From NCBI RefSeq assembly GCF_009914755.1, contig NC_060943.1: a stretch of DNA of 64,000 nucleotides; one strand, given 5' to 3'. Position numbers and translations under genes: made by a program. Below the pieces are notes generated by a model. It ran no database searches. It was not told the DNA's origin and saw only the letters and a list, made by a program, of their open reading frames with translations. Positions 13,411 to 36,200 of the stretch are shown in pieces. The first letter of the stretch is position 1. The number at the start of each line of letters is the position of its first letter. Source of the stretch: the human T2T-CHM13v2.0 reference genome, Homo sapiens.

Positions 13411-14176
13411 CCTCCCTGCCATCTTCTCTCCTTGGTGCTTCCTTCTCCCTAACCCCTCCCCCACCCCTTCCTGCTCCCTTTGCCTTTCTTCGAAGTCCTC
13501 TCTTACCAGGTCCCCTGTCCACCCCTCTTAAAGTTCCCTTGATTCCCTGATGGATCCTTCCTCTAGAACTTCCTCCTTTCCTAACAGTCTTCCCTCTCCC
13601 TCCTAGCTCCCTGTCCACCTCTCCTCTCCCCTTTCCTTCCTTCTCTCCCTTCTCCTCCCCCCATCTCCATCCTGTCCGAGATCTGCTGCTCCCTCCAACC
13701 CCCTCACCGCCCTCTCCAGGAGTCCCCTTACCCCTCCCCGAGGCCTCTTCCAGCCAGACTCGCCTGGCCTTTTGCTTTTCACCCCCTCTTCCTCTTCCTG
13801 CATGTCTTTCCCCGCACCCGCATCACTCCTTCCCCACCCAACCTCTTGGAGTTTTGCCCTGTCCCGACTCTTGTCCTTCTCCCTGGATTCCCTTCCTCTG
13901 TTCTATCCCCGTCTTTCCCTCCCCTAGCTCTACCCCTGCTCAGAGTCCCGCCCCCAACAACCTCAGTTCTCTTCAATCAGCACCCCCCCAACGCCCCCCC
14001 CCACCCAGGCTCCCCGCTCTGCTCCCCTGTCCCGCTCCCTGCCCCGCCATTCCCCGCCCCCCGGCCCCTGACCCGTTCTTTTCTCCCAGGGCTGCGCTGA
14101 CATGTTCGGTGCTCAGCCACGCTCAGCTGTGCTGGGACATGCTCAGCTAAGCTAAGTGCATGCTTTCCTCCCACAG

Positions 14177-14643
14177 TTCTGCTGATCGATGGGCCCCTGA
14201 GCTGGTACAGTGACCCAGGCCTGGCAGGCGTGTCCCTGACGGGGGGCCTGAGCTACAAAGAGGACACGAAGGAGCTGGTGGTGGCCAAGGCTGGAGTCTA
14301 CTATGTCTTCTTTCAACTAGAGCTGCGGCGCGTGGTGGCCGGCGAGGGCTCAGGCTCCGTTTCACTTGCGCTGCACCTGCAGCCACTGCGCTCTGCTGCT
14401 GGGGCCGCCGCCCTGGCTTTGACCGTGGACCTGCCACCCGCCTCCTCCGAGGCTCGGAACTCGGCCTTCGGTTTCCAGGGCCGCTTGCTGCACCTGAGTG
14501 CCGGCCAGCGCCTGGGCGTCCATCTTCACACTGAGGCCAGGGCACGCCATGCCTGGCAGCTTACCCAGGGCGCCACAGTCTTGGGACTCTTCCGGGTGAC
14601 CCCCGAAATCCCAGCCGGACTCCCTTCACCGAGGTCGGAATAA
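14177..14643 (+). CDS. TNFSF9: TNFSF9 coding exon 3: TNF homology domain
   Basis: Acceptor ctttcctcccacag|TTCTG; reads (V)LLIDGPLSWYSDPGLAGVSLTGGLSYKEDTKELVVAKAGVYYVFFQLELRR...GLPSPRSE then TAA at 14641-14643. Exons sum to 267+31+467=765 nt = 254 aa + stop. Confidence 0.99.
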
Positions 14644-15500
14644 CGTCCAGCCTGGGTGCAGCCCACCTGGACAGAGTCCGAATCCTACTCCATCCTTCAT
14701 GGAGACCCCTGGTGCTGGGTCCCTGCTGCTTTCTCTACCTCAAGGGGCTTGGCAGGGGTCCCTGCTGCTGACCTCCCCTTGAGGACCCTCCTCACCCACT
14801 CCTTCCCCAAGTTGGACCTTGATATTTATTCTGAGCCTGAGCTCAGATAATATATTATATATATTATATATATATATATATTTCTATTTAAAGAGGATCC
14901 TGAGTTTGTGAATGGACTTTTTTAGAGGAGTTGTTTTGGGGGGGGGGGTCTTCGACATTGCCGAGGCTGGTCTTGAACTCCTGGACTTAGACGATCCTCC
15001 TGCCTCAGCCTCCCAAGCAACTGGGATTCATCCTTTCTATTAATTCATTGTACTTATTTGCTTATTTGTGTGTATTGAGCATCTGTAATGTGCCAGCATT
15101 GTGCCCAGGCTAGGGGGCTATAGAAACATCTAGAAATAGACTGAAAGAAAATCTGAGTTATGGTAATACGTGAGGAATTTAAAGACTCATCCCCAGCCTC
15201 TACCTCCTGTGTGATACTTGGGGGCTAGCTTTTTTCTTTCTTTCTTTTTTTTGAGATGGTCTTGTTCTGTCAACCAGGCTAGAATGCAGCGGTGCAATCA
15301 TGAGTCAATGCAGCCTCCAGCCTCGACCTCCCGAGGCTCAGGTGATCCTCCCATCTCAGCCTCTCGAGTAGCTGGGACCACAGTTGTGTGCCACCACACT
15401 TGGCTAACTTTTTAATTTTTTTGCGGAGACGGTATTGCTATGTTGCCAAGGTTGTTTACATGCCAGTACAATTTATAATAAACACTCATTTTTCCTCCCT
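14644..15500 (+). other. TNFSF9: TNFSF9 3' UTR with (TA)n tract, G-run, antisense Alu fragments and an L2-like remnant
   Basis: Lies between the stop codon and the AATAAA at 15477; (TA)n ~14850-14882, G-run ~14938-14948, Alu pieces ~14948-15030 and ~15230-15455. End coordinate inferred from the poly(A) signal. Confidence 0.85.
15477..15482 (+). terminator. Polyadenylation signal AATAAA of TNFSF9
   Basis: Canonical hexamer downstream of the stop, followed by a CA, a T-run and a GT-rich stretch (gagttggttgtt). Confidence 0.85.
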
Positions 15501-16038
15501 CTGGAGAGTTGGTTGTTAAATTACCAGCACACGCTGTCCGTCTCTGCTCTACAGAGCTGGCCAGTTTCTTCAGCCCCATAGTTTCCCCACCATACAGATC
15601 TTTCACGGCCACCCCTATAACTAGACACATCCTCTGGCTGGCTAAGATAGCCCTGTGATTCTGCAACCCAGGGCTTAACATGTGATTTGTGGGGAGAGGA
15701 GGATGGTTCCCCCCAATTCTGGTCCAGGAGCCAGTGTCAAATCTGATTAGTCAAATCTGATTGGTCACCGCCTGTCTGGTAGCGGGTTGTTTGCCTGTTT
15801 TGAATAAGACCCCTGGCAACAGGTGATTCAATTCTCTCGTCCCAGCTGATTGGGTCAGGTTGGACACGTGACTTGAGCTGGGCCAATCAGGTCTCCCCAG
15901 AAATGTGGGTGGGCTGGACCACAGAGGCTAGAGAGTGGAGAAGAGGAAGTTGTGCAAAGACTCAGGTGTGACCACAGAGTTCCAGAGAGACACCAGAGCT
16001 ACTTTGATTTCCTTCTTGCCTCTTGCTGGTGACATGGG

Positions 16039-16086
16039 TTGCCATTTTAATGGCAAAACTGCAATAACTTTTGCCTCAACCTAATA
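16039..16086. mobile_element. Partial MADE1 (mariner MITE)
   Basis: ttgccattttaatggcaaaactgcaataacttttgcctcaacctaata matches one Hsmar1-type TIR plus the palindromic centre. Confidence 0.7.
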
Positions 16087-16089
16087 GAT

Positions 16090-16910
<821 letters not shown>

Positions 16911-17371
16911 TATAGTTTGGCTCTGTGTCCACACCTACTTTTTTCTTTTTTTTTTTGAGAAAGACTCTCATCAGTTGCCCAGGCTGGTGTGTAGTGGCGC
17001 AGTCTTGGCTCACTGCAACCTCTGCCTCTTGGGTTTAAGTGATTGTCCTGCCTCAGCCCCCTGAGTAGCTGGGATTACAGGTACAGGCCACCACTCTTGG
17101 CTATTTTTTTTGTATTTTTAGTGGAGCTGGGGTTTTGCCATGTTGGCCAGGCTGGCCTCGAACTCCTGACCTCAAGTGATCTGCCTGCCTTGGCCTCCCA
17201 AAGTGATGGGATTACAGACGTGAGCCACTGTGCCTGGCCCCCTTGGGGTTCTGAGCTCCCCTAAGCTAAAATCAAGTTGACTGAAGGATTGCTTTCCTTC
17301 TGGAGGCTCTAGAGGATAATTGCTTTCCTTGTTTTTCCAACTTCTAGAGGCTTGTTTTTAATTTAATTTAA

Positions 17372-17780
<409 letters not shown>

Positions 17781-17809
17781 TTCTTTCTTTTTTTTTTTTT
17801 CTTAGTTGA

Positions 17810-18201
<392 letters not shown>

Positions 18202-18904
18202 TGATCTGCCTGCCTCGGCCTCCCAAAGTGCTGGGATAATAGGCGTGAGCCACCACGCCTGCCCCACAAAGAATTACAAATAAAGCTTTCACTCTTCTTA
18301 TGTAAAGACCTGACAATGCATACAATGGTCCACTGTTGATTTGGAAGCAGGGACAGTTTTCTATTACAGTCTGTTGATTGTATTGTATAATTGTTAAGGG
18401 AAAAAAGGAAAATTATATTTCTGTTTGTTTGTTTGTTTGTTTTGAGATGGAGTCTAGCTCTGTCACCCAGGTTGGAGTGCAGTGGTGCGATCTCAGCTCA
18501 CTGCGACCTCCACCTCCCTGGTTCACAAGCAATTCTCCTGCCTCAGCCTCTTGAGTGGCTGGGGTTACAGACATGCGCCACCACGCCCAGCTAATTTTTG
18601 CATTTTTAGTAGAGACAGGGTTTCACCATGTTGGCTAGGCTGGTCTCCAACTTCTGGGCTCCAGTGATCCACCCACTTCAGCCTCCCAAAGTGCTGGGAT
18701 TACAGGCGTGAGCCACCATGTCCGCCCACCCCCCCGGTATTTCTTATTGGAACTGTTTTTCTTGTTTGAGGTTTCTTTTCCATACCCTGAATCTACAATG
18801 ACCCAACCATAACCTTGCTTCTGAGGCCCGTTCTCTGATGAGAAAGTTTAGTTCCAAATGGGGAAAGTACCTGAGTTCCAGCCTTTTCAGCCTGACTTTG
18901 CATC

Positions 18905-19745
18905 TATTTAGAGATAGGGTCTTACAGGGGTGATCACGTTAAAATGAGGTCATTAGGGTAAGCCCTGATCCAATATGACTGATGTTCTTATAAAAGGGGG
19001 GCTTTGGCTGGATGTGATAGGGGGGCTCCTGCCTGTAATTCCAGCACTTTGGGAGGCCAAGCCAGGTGGATTGCTTGAGCCTAGAGGCTTGAGACCAGTC
19101 ATGGGCAACATAGCAAGACCCCGTCTCTACAAAAAATACAAAAATTTGCTGGGTGTGGTGGTGCATACCTGTAGTCCCAGCTGCTAGGGAGGCTGAGATG
19201 GGAGATCACTAGAACCTTGAGGTCAAGGCTGCAGTGAGCTGTGATTACCACTGCAATCCGCTCTGTGTGACACAGCAAGATCCTGTCTCCAAAAGAAGTG
19301 AGGGTAGGGGGTGGAATTTGGACACAGACACACACAGGGAGAGCACCACGTGGAGAAGAAAATGGAATCCATGGTCAGGCTCGGTGGTTCATGCCTGTAA
19401 TCCCAGCACTTTGGTGGATCACTGGAGGTCAGGAGTTTGAGATCAGCCTGGCCAACAAAGCGAAACCTCGTCTCTACTAAAAATACACAAGTTAGCCGGG
19501 TGTGGAGGCGTTCACTTGTCATCCCAGCATCCCAGCTACTCCGTCTCAAAAAAAAAAAAAAAAAAAAGGAAAATGTCATCTACAAGCCAAGGAGAGAGGC
19601 CTGGAACAGAGCCTTCCCTTACAGCCCTCAGACGGAACCACATCTGCCAATGCCTTGGTTTTGGACTTCCAGCCTCTAGAACTGTTAGACAATAAATTTC
19701 TGCTGTTGAAGCCCCCAATATGAGCTACTTTGTTATAACAGCCAT
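18905..19745 (+). mobile_element. MLT1 (MLT1A/B-like) MaLR LTR interrupted by Alus
   Basis: ttaaaatgaggtcattagggt...; ggacttccagcctctagaactgttagacaataaatttctg. Confidence 0.75.
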
Positions 19746-20249
19746 ATCAATTTAAAAAGAGAATTAAAGGAGTTGATAATTTTTGTTTTTTTTTTTTTTT
19801 TTTTTTGAGATGGAGTCTCACTCTGTCACCCAAGCAGACTGCAATGGCACGATCTCAGCTCACTGCAACCTCCGCTCCCGGGCTCAAGCGATTCTCCCAC
19901 CTTACCCTCCCGAGTAAGTAGCTGGGTCTACAGGTGCATGCCACCATGTCTGGCTGATTTTTCTATTTTTGGTAGAGACAGGGTTTAGCCATGTTGGCCA
20001 GGCTGGTCTTGAACTCCTGACTTCAAGTGATCCACCCGCCTGGGTCTCTCAAAGTGTAGGGATTACAGGCGTGAGCCACTGCACCCAGCCAGGAATTGAT
20101 ACTTTAATACACTTTCAATGCACAGTGTCTGGCTCCTGGTTAGCATTCATTAAACGGTAGCAATTATTAAGGACACTCAAATGGACAGAAAGAATGTTAC
20201 AGAAACACAATGGTACAATAGAGGGGTTGCGGCCAGGCACAGTGGCTCA

Positions 20250-20701
<452 letters not shown>

Positions 20702-20771
20702 TTACAGATGACATCATACAATAACAGATGTGGGTATTAGAAAGAAGCAACAGCTCACAGAAGAGTGGTTA

Positions 20772-20993
<222 letters not shown>

Positions 20994-21362
20994 TCATAAT
21001 GTTATAAAAGCAATTATGCAAGGATAGGATATTGTAAACAGCCACAGCTTTATAATATCATAGCCACGACTCTAACGTTGCCAAACAGAAAGACAAATAC
21101 TACACGATCTCACTTATATGCGGAATCTAAAATAGTCAAACACATAGAAGCAGAGAATAGAGCGGTGCTTGCCAGGGGCTGTGGGTGGGGAAAACGAAAG
21201 GTGTTGGTCAAAGGATACCAACATTCAGTTAAGAAAGATGAGGCCGAGCGCAGTGGCTCATGCCTGTAATCCCAGCACTTTGGGAGGCTGAGGCGGATGG
21301 ATCACCCGAGATCGGGAGTTTGAGACCAGCCTGACCGACATGGAGAAACCTCATCTCTACTA

Positions 21363-21863
<501 letters not shown>

Positions 21864-21915
21864 TTAATAAGGAACCCCCTTCTTCTTCCTCTTTTTTTTT
21901 TTAATTTTGAGATAG

Positions 21916-22053
<138 letters not shown>

Positions 22054-22065
22054 TAATTTTTATAG

Positions 22066-22230
<165 letters not shown>

Positions 22231-22397
22231 TGACTTGGGAGCAGATTATGGGCTAGATTTGAGCCTTCACTCACATCTGTAGCCCAGGGACTAAATATAT
22301 GTTTATATATAAATATGATTGGGTGTGATGGCTCATGCCTGCAATCCCAGCACGTTGGGAGGCCAAGGCAGGAGGATCACTTGAGCGCAGGAGTTCA

Positions 22398-22631
<234 letters not shown>

Positions 22632-22970
22632 CTAGGAAGAGGGGAGAGGGGATGAGGAAAAATAAAGAATACAAATGTATTTATTATCATTGAACTGAAC
22701 CCTTAATAATGGAAAAAATGGTAAATCATATATGCACATTTTACATATATAATTTAACATTATATCTATATATAATTCACATACATAGTATATTCATATA
22801 CCTAAAGCTGGAAAAAATGCTAATCTCGCAAGCAGAAAATTGACTTTGTCATAACTCCTTTGGCAGCTGAACTTGACTGTGCCCATGTAATTGTATTGAT
22901 GATCTTTATTCATTGCATAACCTGCGATGAAACAGGGATGTTTACATGAGTCAAGTATGCTTGATTATGA

Positions 22971-23224
<254 letters not shown>

Positions 23225-23837
23225 TAGTAGAGAGAGAGTTTCACCATGTTGGCCAGGCTGGTCTCGAACTCCTGACCTCGTGATCTGCCCGCCTCGGCCT
23301 CCCAAAGTGCTGGGATTACAGGCGTGAGCCACCGCGCCTGGCCTCTAAATTCTAGATCTCCAAATCTGGCTTCTAGGGTTTGGGATCAGGGAATGAGGAT
23401 TTGTCCAAAGGCATGGGGTGGGAAAAAAGACTGTTTGTTTACAAGAGGTAAGATGTCAGGAAGCAGCAATGTGCTTACACCACTGAGGTAGGTGTGCCCC
23501 TTTCAGGGGGGAGTTTCCATTCTGGGGATCCCCATTCTGAGGTTTCCCAGAAGGGGACAGTTTTCAAGCCCACTTTCCTGACGGTTGCATCTTGTCGCAG
23601 GTTTCATCTCACCTTTGTCTTGCTGCCCGCAATCTCTGGCTTGGTCAGCTCAGGAAACCCCTGGTGCCAGAGATCCGGATGAAGATGAGGGACTAGTTCG
23701 GCCTGTTGCGGTATCTCAGCGGGGTGAGACGCCTCGGTGGGGAAGGCAGAGTGGAAAACCCGACGCCTTCCACCAGCAACTCTTGTGAATATGTGTGTGT
23801 TGGGGTTATGTGGCTAGCCAGGAGTGGAGATGGATAG

Positions 23838-24316
<479 letters not shown>

Positions 24317-24422
24317 TAAATGAGCTAACAGTTTCAATTGCACAGTGGCTGACATTGGATTTCATATGTGAAATCTGTTGTTATTATTATTAACATTATT
24401 ATTATTATTTTTTGAAACATAG

Positions 24423-24967
<545 letters not shown>

Positions 24968-25037
24968 TGATCCACCTGCCCTGGCCTCCCAAAGTGCTGG
25001 GATGACAGGCGTGAGTCACTGAGCCCACCTCAAACTT

Positions 25038-26285
<1,248 letters not shown>

Positions 26286-27029
26286 ACAGGGTAGACGGTG
26301 GAGGCATTTATGGACTTGGGGAACCTGGAGGATCATAGATCACTTTGAATTGTGCGGGATTTCCAGATGTCGCTGAGGGACTTTGACCGGGATGGCCAAG
26401 GGGGAGTGTTGAATCCTTTCTGTAGCTATGCAAGCTCTTTGCCTGGAATGCACATTTGAGAGTTGTTGGTATATTTTATATAATGCAAGTTTTGGGGGCA
26501 GGATGAATCTCTTACGCAGACAAATAAAGGTGTAGAAGAGAGGAAGGTCTAAGCTCAAGTGCCAAGAAACTCTGATACATAACAGAAGGCATATGTATAT
26601 GTATTAGAGATGGGTTTCACCATGTGCCAAGAAACTCTGATATATAACAGAAAGCCTATATATGTATATATATATGAGATTGGGTTTCACTGTATGTGTG
26701 TGTGTGTGTGTGTGTGTATATGTATGCAGTGTCTGGAAGTCAGGTGTTCAGCATATTTGGAGATTTGGAGGGGTGACCAGACAGGAAAGAAAAAAAATAA
26801 GTTTCGAGAAATGTGTTTGAAGAAGGAAGTGGTGGTCAGTGGTGTCTAATTCAACTTCTGAGAGTCTGTCAGGATGAGAAGCTGAGGCAGGAAGGGAGGT
26901 AGGTAGGCACCATGTCCGGCCATGAAGTTGGCAAGAATCCCCTGAAACAGGCCAGGGAGATGAATGAAGAAGATAGGGCTTTGAGGCAAAAACGATGTCC
27001 ACATCTACACAGTATTTAGCTCCCATTTA

Positions 27030-27554
27030 TGCCAAGACCAGCTTGGTTGGGGAGACCCTAAGCCAGCGGCGCTAGAGGAATTAAAGACACACACACAGAA
27101 ATGTAGAGGTGTGGAGTGGGAAATCAGGGGTCTCACAGCCTTCAGAGCTGAGAGCCTTGAACAGAGGTTTACCCACGTATTTACTAACAGCAAGCCAGTG
27201 ATAAGCATCGTTTCTATAGATTATAGATTAACTAAAAGTATCCCTTATGGGAAACGAAGGGATGGGCCGAAATAAAGGGGTGGGTCTGGCTAGTTATCTG
27301 CAGCAGGAGCATGTCCTTAAGGCACAGATGGCTCATGCTATTGTTTGTGGTTTAAGAACGCCTTTAAACGGTTTTCTGCCCTTAAAGAACACCTGGTGGG
27401 CCAGGTGTTCCTTGCCCTCACTCCAGTAAAACCACAACCTTCCAGCATGGGCGTCATGGCCATCATGAATATGTCACAGTGCTGCAGAGATTCTGTTTAT
27501 GGCTAGTTTTGGGGCCAGTTTATGGCCAGACTTTGGGGGGGCCTGTTCCCAACA
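27030..27554 (-). mobile_element. MER9 (HERV-K HML-3) solo LTR inserted in an L1 fragment
   Basis: - strand start TGTTGGGAACAGGCCCCCC, end TTGGCA; perfect 6-bp TSD CATTTA (27024-27029, 27555-27560), typical of ERVK. Confidence 0.88.
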
Positions 27555-27563
27555 CATTTATAA

Positions 27564-27848
<285 letters not shown>

Positions 27849-28004
27849 TAATTACTTGCTGTGTTGCCCATGCTGGAGTGCAGAGGTGTGATCACAGCTC
27901 CCTGCAGCCTTGACCTGCTAGTCTCAAGGAATCCTCCCACCTCAGCCTTCTAGGTGGCTGGTACTACAGGGGTGCACCACCATGCCTAGCTAATTTTTGT
28001 GTGT

Positions 28005-28335
<331 letters not shown>

Positions 28336-29014
28336 TAGAAATACAAGCGAAGTAAATAATTTTAAATAATAAAGGCGGGGCATGGTGGCTCATGCCTGTA
28401 ATCCAGCACTTTGGGAGGCCAAGGTGGTGGATCACTTGAGGCCAGAAGTTTGAGACTAGCCTGGCCAACATGGTGAAATCTTGTCTCTACCAAAAATATG
28501 AAAAGTGAGCTGGGCATGGTGGCACGTGCTTGTAGTCCCAGCTACTCAGGAGGTTGAGGCATGAGAATCGCTTGAACCCAGGAGGCGGAGATTGCAGCGA
28601 GCCAAGATGGCACCACCGCACTCCAGCCTGGGTGACAGAGCCAGATTCTGTCTCCAAAAAGAAAGAATAAATGTGTAAAAAAGAATATTTAATATTATAT
28701 ACATTTATAAATAAACATGTTATTTATATTTTATATTATATATATTTTATTTTATTTTTAACTTTTATTTTTCCAATATATACACTTTTTAAAAATATGC
28801 CACTGGCCCTTGAGAAAAAATTTATTTGCACTGCTAGCATTCTTCTACTGCAGTATTAGCATTTCATATAGGCACTACTCTTCCATTTCCTACTTACATT
28901 CATTTGGGCTATTGTTACAAATACAGTATGCAATTGAAGAAAACTAATGGGGGGCCCAGTGTGGTGGCTCACACCTGTAATCCCAGCACTTCTGGAGGCC
29001 GAGGTGGGCGATCA

Positions 29015-29287
<273 letters not shown>

Positions 29288-29610
29288 CTAGTGGGGAAAC
29301 GAAGCTTTATATATGTTTTTCCTCTTTACAGCTTCTCAATATCATGCCATTTAAGTGAAAATTTATATGGACATTTTCTGTACATATCTTGAAGGGCAGA
29401 GATTACACTGATAAAACCAAAATAATTGTGCAAGGCTGGGTGCAGTGGCTCATGCCTGTTATCCCAACACTTTGGGAGGCTGAGGTGGGTGGATTACCCG
29501 AGGTCAGGAGTTTGAGACCAGCCTGGGCACCATGGCAAAACCCTGTCTCTACAAAAAATATAAAAATTAGCCAGGCGTTGGTGGTGCACACCTGTAATCC
29601 CAGCTACTCA

Positions 29611-29796
<186 letters not shown>

Positions 29797-30169
29797 TCAG
29801 AATGTTCTTTAGTTAGCTCTCTCTCAAATATCAAGGGTGCACTGAGTTCAGGGCAGAAATCACGTGTGAATTAGTTCCAATGGTATACAAACACATGGAA
29901 ACACTAAATTAAAAGCTGCCTTCCTCAAAGTGTAGTGAGGCCTCAAAACCACTCTAACTGTAACCTCAGTCACCAAGACAGAGGACAGACTGAACATTTA
30001 CCTCTGCATAACAAATGTGGCTCTGGCACACCTGTTATCTATCCAAATTATTAACTTTCTTTGCCTTTCTAGAAAAAGGCCTATTATTGAACATTAACCA
30101 TATTCTAATTTTAAATGTAATTCATTTCTTAAAAAAAACCACTGTCTCTGAACAGATAAAAATGGCTTA

Positions 30170-31897
<1,728 letters not shown>

Positions 31898-32043
31898 ATA
31901 CCACACGAATTTTCACAATAAGCTGGACAAACTTTCCCTGGTGGAAAAATTAGTCTGTGGCCGGGTGTGGCTGGCCCTGGCTCTCCCAGGAGGTTTTCAT
32001 GATGTAACCTGCCAATTTGATAAATCTCTGCCTCATAGAGTCA

Positions 32044-33491
<1,448 letters not shown>

Positions 33492-34156
33492 TGAACAAGC
33501 AATGGTAGACCTGATCCAGAGCCTGATATTGTCATATCATAAATTAAATCTTTTAATGTAGTTCCCTCTGAAATAAAAGGATAATCTTTTTTTTTTTTTT
33601 TTTGAGACGGAGTCTTGCTCTGTCGTCCAGGCTGGAGTGCGGTGGCGCGATCTCGGCTCACTGCAGGCTCCGCCCCCCCAGGGTTCACACCATTCTCCTG
33701 CCTCAGCCTCCCGAGTAGCTGGGACTACAGGCGCCCGCCACCACGCCCGGCTAATTTTTTTGTATTTTTAGTAGAGGCGGGGTTTCACTGTGTTAGCCAG
33801 GATGGTCTCGATCTCCTGACCTCATGATCCGCCCGCCTTGGCCTCCCAAAGTGCTGGGATTACAGGCGTGAGCCACCGTGCCTGGCCTAATAAAAGGATA
33901 ATCTAATGAAGGGTCCTCTTTATTTGACACTTGATGGTGAGTGACAGTGCGGTTGTGGCAGAAACAGATCATTAACATGAGTGAGATGCAGAGGAGGCAA
34001 TGACAGCTGCCAGTTCTATGAGACCTGGGCCAGGCGACGGCTTCATAGTAGTTGAGTGTTTTATTTTATTGCAATGGTCCTGATTGCAGCAACATATTGT
34101 GGTCACAGACCCGGTTTATTTATTTATGTTTTTTATCTTAAACAATTTTTTTTTGA

Positions 34157-34450
<294 letters not shown>

Positions 34451-34719
34451 TAAACTATAGACACCCAATTGAGCTAACAAACTCTAGGTCTTACTTCTTT
34501 TATCAAACTGTGTATTTGTACCCATTAATCAGCTTCTCTTCATTCTCCCCCTCAAGAATAAACTTTTGTAAAAAAGAATCATGGAGAAGCTCATTCTCTC
34601 TTCAGTTGCTTTTGCTCAGCCATTTCTACCTTAGCTATGAGTTAAAAGTAAACCCAGCCTGGGCAAGGTGGCTCATGCCTGTAATCCCAGCACTTTGGGA
34701 GGCTGAGGCGGGCAGATCA

Positions 34720-34995
<276 letters not shown>

Positions 34996-35509
34996 TCAGT
35001 TTTTGTTCTTCTCTAAAATTTGGTCTCATGTGGAACCCACACATTCCCACACATTAAAAAAAAAATTAAAAGATAACTGAAAACATTTACTGGAGTTTGA
35101 ACCATGGGAGTCACAGGGTGATTTTACAAGGGCTATTTTTAATCATGGGAGTGAATCTAGCGGCATGAGTGGCTTGAGAAATTAGTGACAAGGGAAGAAT
35201 TTAAGATAGCCTATAGAATGAGCTTCTTTTAGAAGACTGTTTTAGGGAAATAACTTCAAATGTAAAGCAAAGTAGGCCGGGCATGGTGGCGCATGCCTGT
35301 CATGTCAGCACTTTGGAAGGCTGAGGTGGGAGGGCTGCGTGAGCCCAGGATAGAGACTGCACCTCAGCCTGGCAACAGAGACAGACTCTGTCTCAAAACA
35401 AAACAAAAAGGAAGGTTACATGAATGAAAAGTGTACAAGGAATACCCATTGTGTCTTTCACCCAGATTCCCCAGTTAATATTCGGGCCTGCTTGCGTTAT
35501 CATTTGCTC

Positions 35510-36200
35510 TCCTCATCTCTCTCTCTCTCTTTCTCTGTCTCTTTCCCTTTCTGTCCCTATCTCTGTCTCTCTATATCTCTCTATCTTTCTATCTCTATCT
35601 CTTTGAAATTTGTTTAAATTTTGTTTTTTATTTTCTCTATTTTTGTTATTTTTTCTTCCTTTTTTCTCTCTATCTCTTTATCTCTATGTATTTCTCTATT
35701 TCAATCTCTCGATCTCTTCATCTCTGTCTCTGTCTCTCTCCATCTCTATCTCTCTATCTCTATCTGTTTCTCTACCTATCTATTTCTGTCTCTATCTCAT
35801 CTCTATCTTTCTATCTCTACCTATCTTTCTATCTCTATCCCTCCATCTCTATCTCTTTCTATCTCTCTGTATCTCTCTTTGTATCTCAATCTCTCTATCT
35901 CAATCTCTGTCTGTATCTCTCTATTTCTGTATCTCCATCTCTATCTATCTGTATCTCTCTCTCTATGTCTATCTGTCCATCTGTATCTCTATCTCTATAT
36001 CTCCATCTCTATCTATCTCTGTCTTTTTCTTCACGTCTCTACCTCTGTCTCTTTATTTCAATCTATCTCTTGATCTCTCTATATCTCTGTATCCCCTATT
36101 TCTCTATCTTTCTTTCTCTACTTCTCTATCTCTAGCTCTCCGTCTCTCAATCTCTCCCTATCTCTTCCTCTGTCTCCCGATTTCCCCTCTCGTCTCCCTT
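35510..36200 (+). repeat. (TC)n/(TCTA)n low-complexity tract
   Basis: About 700 nt dominated by TCTC, TCTA and TCTG. Confidence 0.95.

Noticed and set aside
12509-13618. 340-aa Pro-rich and 277-aa Gly-rich ORFs
   Set aside because: Translations of the intron 2 minisatellite on the two strands.
26355-26364. Isolated kB-like CGGGATTTCC
   Set aside because: A single imperfect site is expected by chance in 64 kb.
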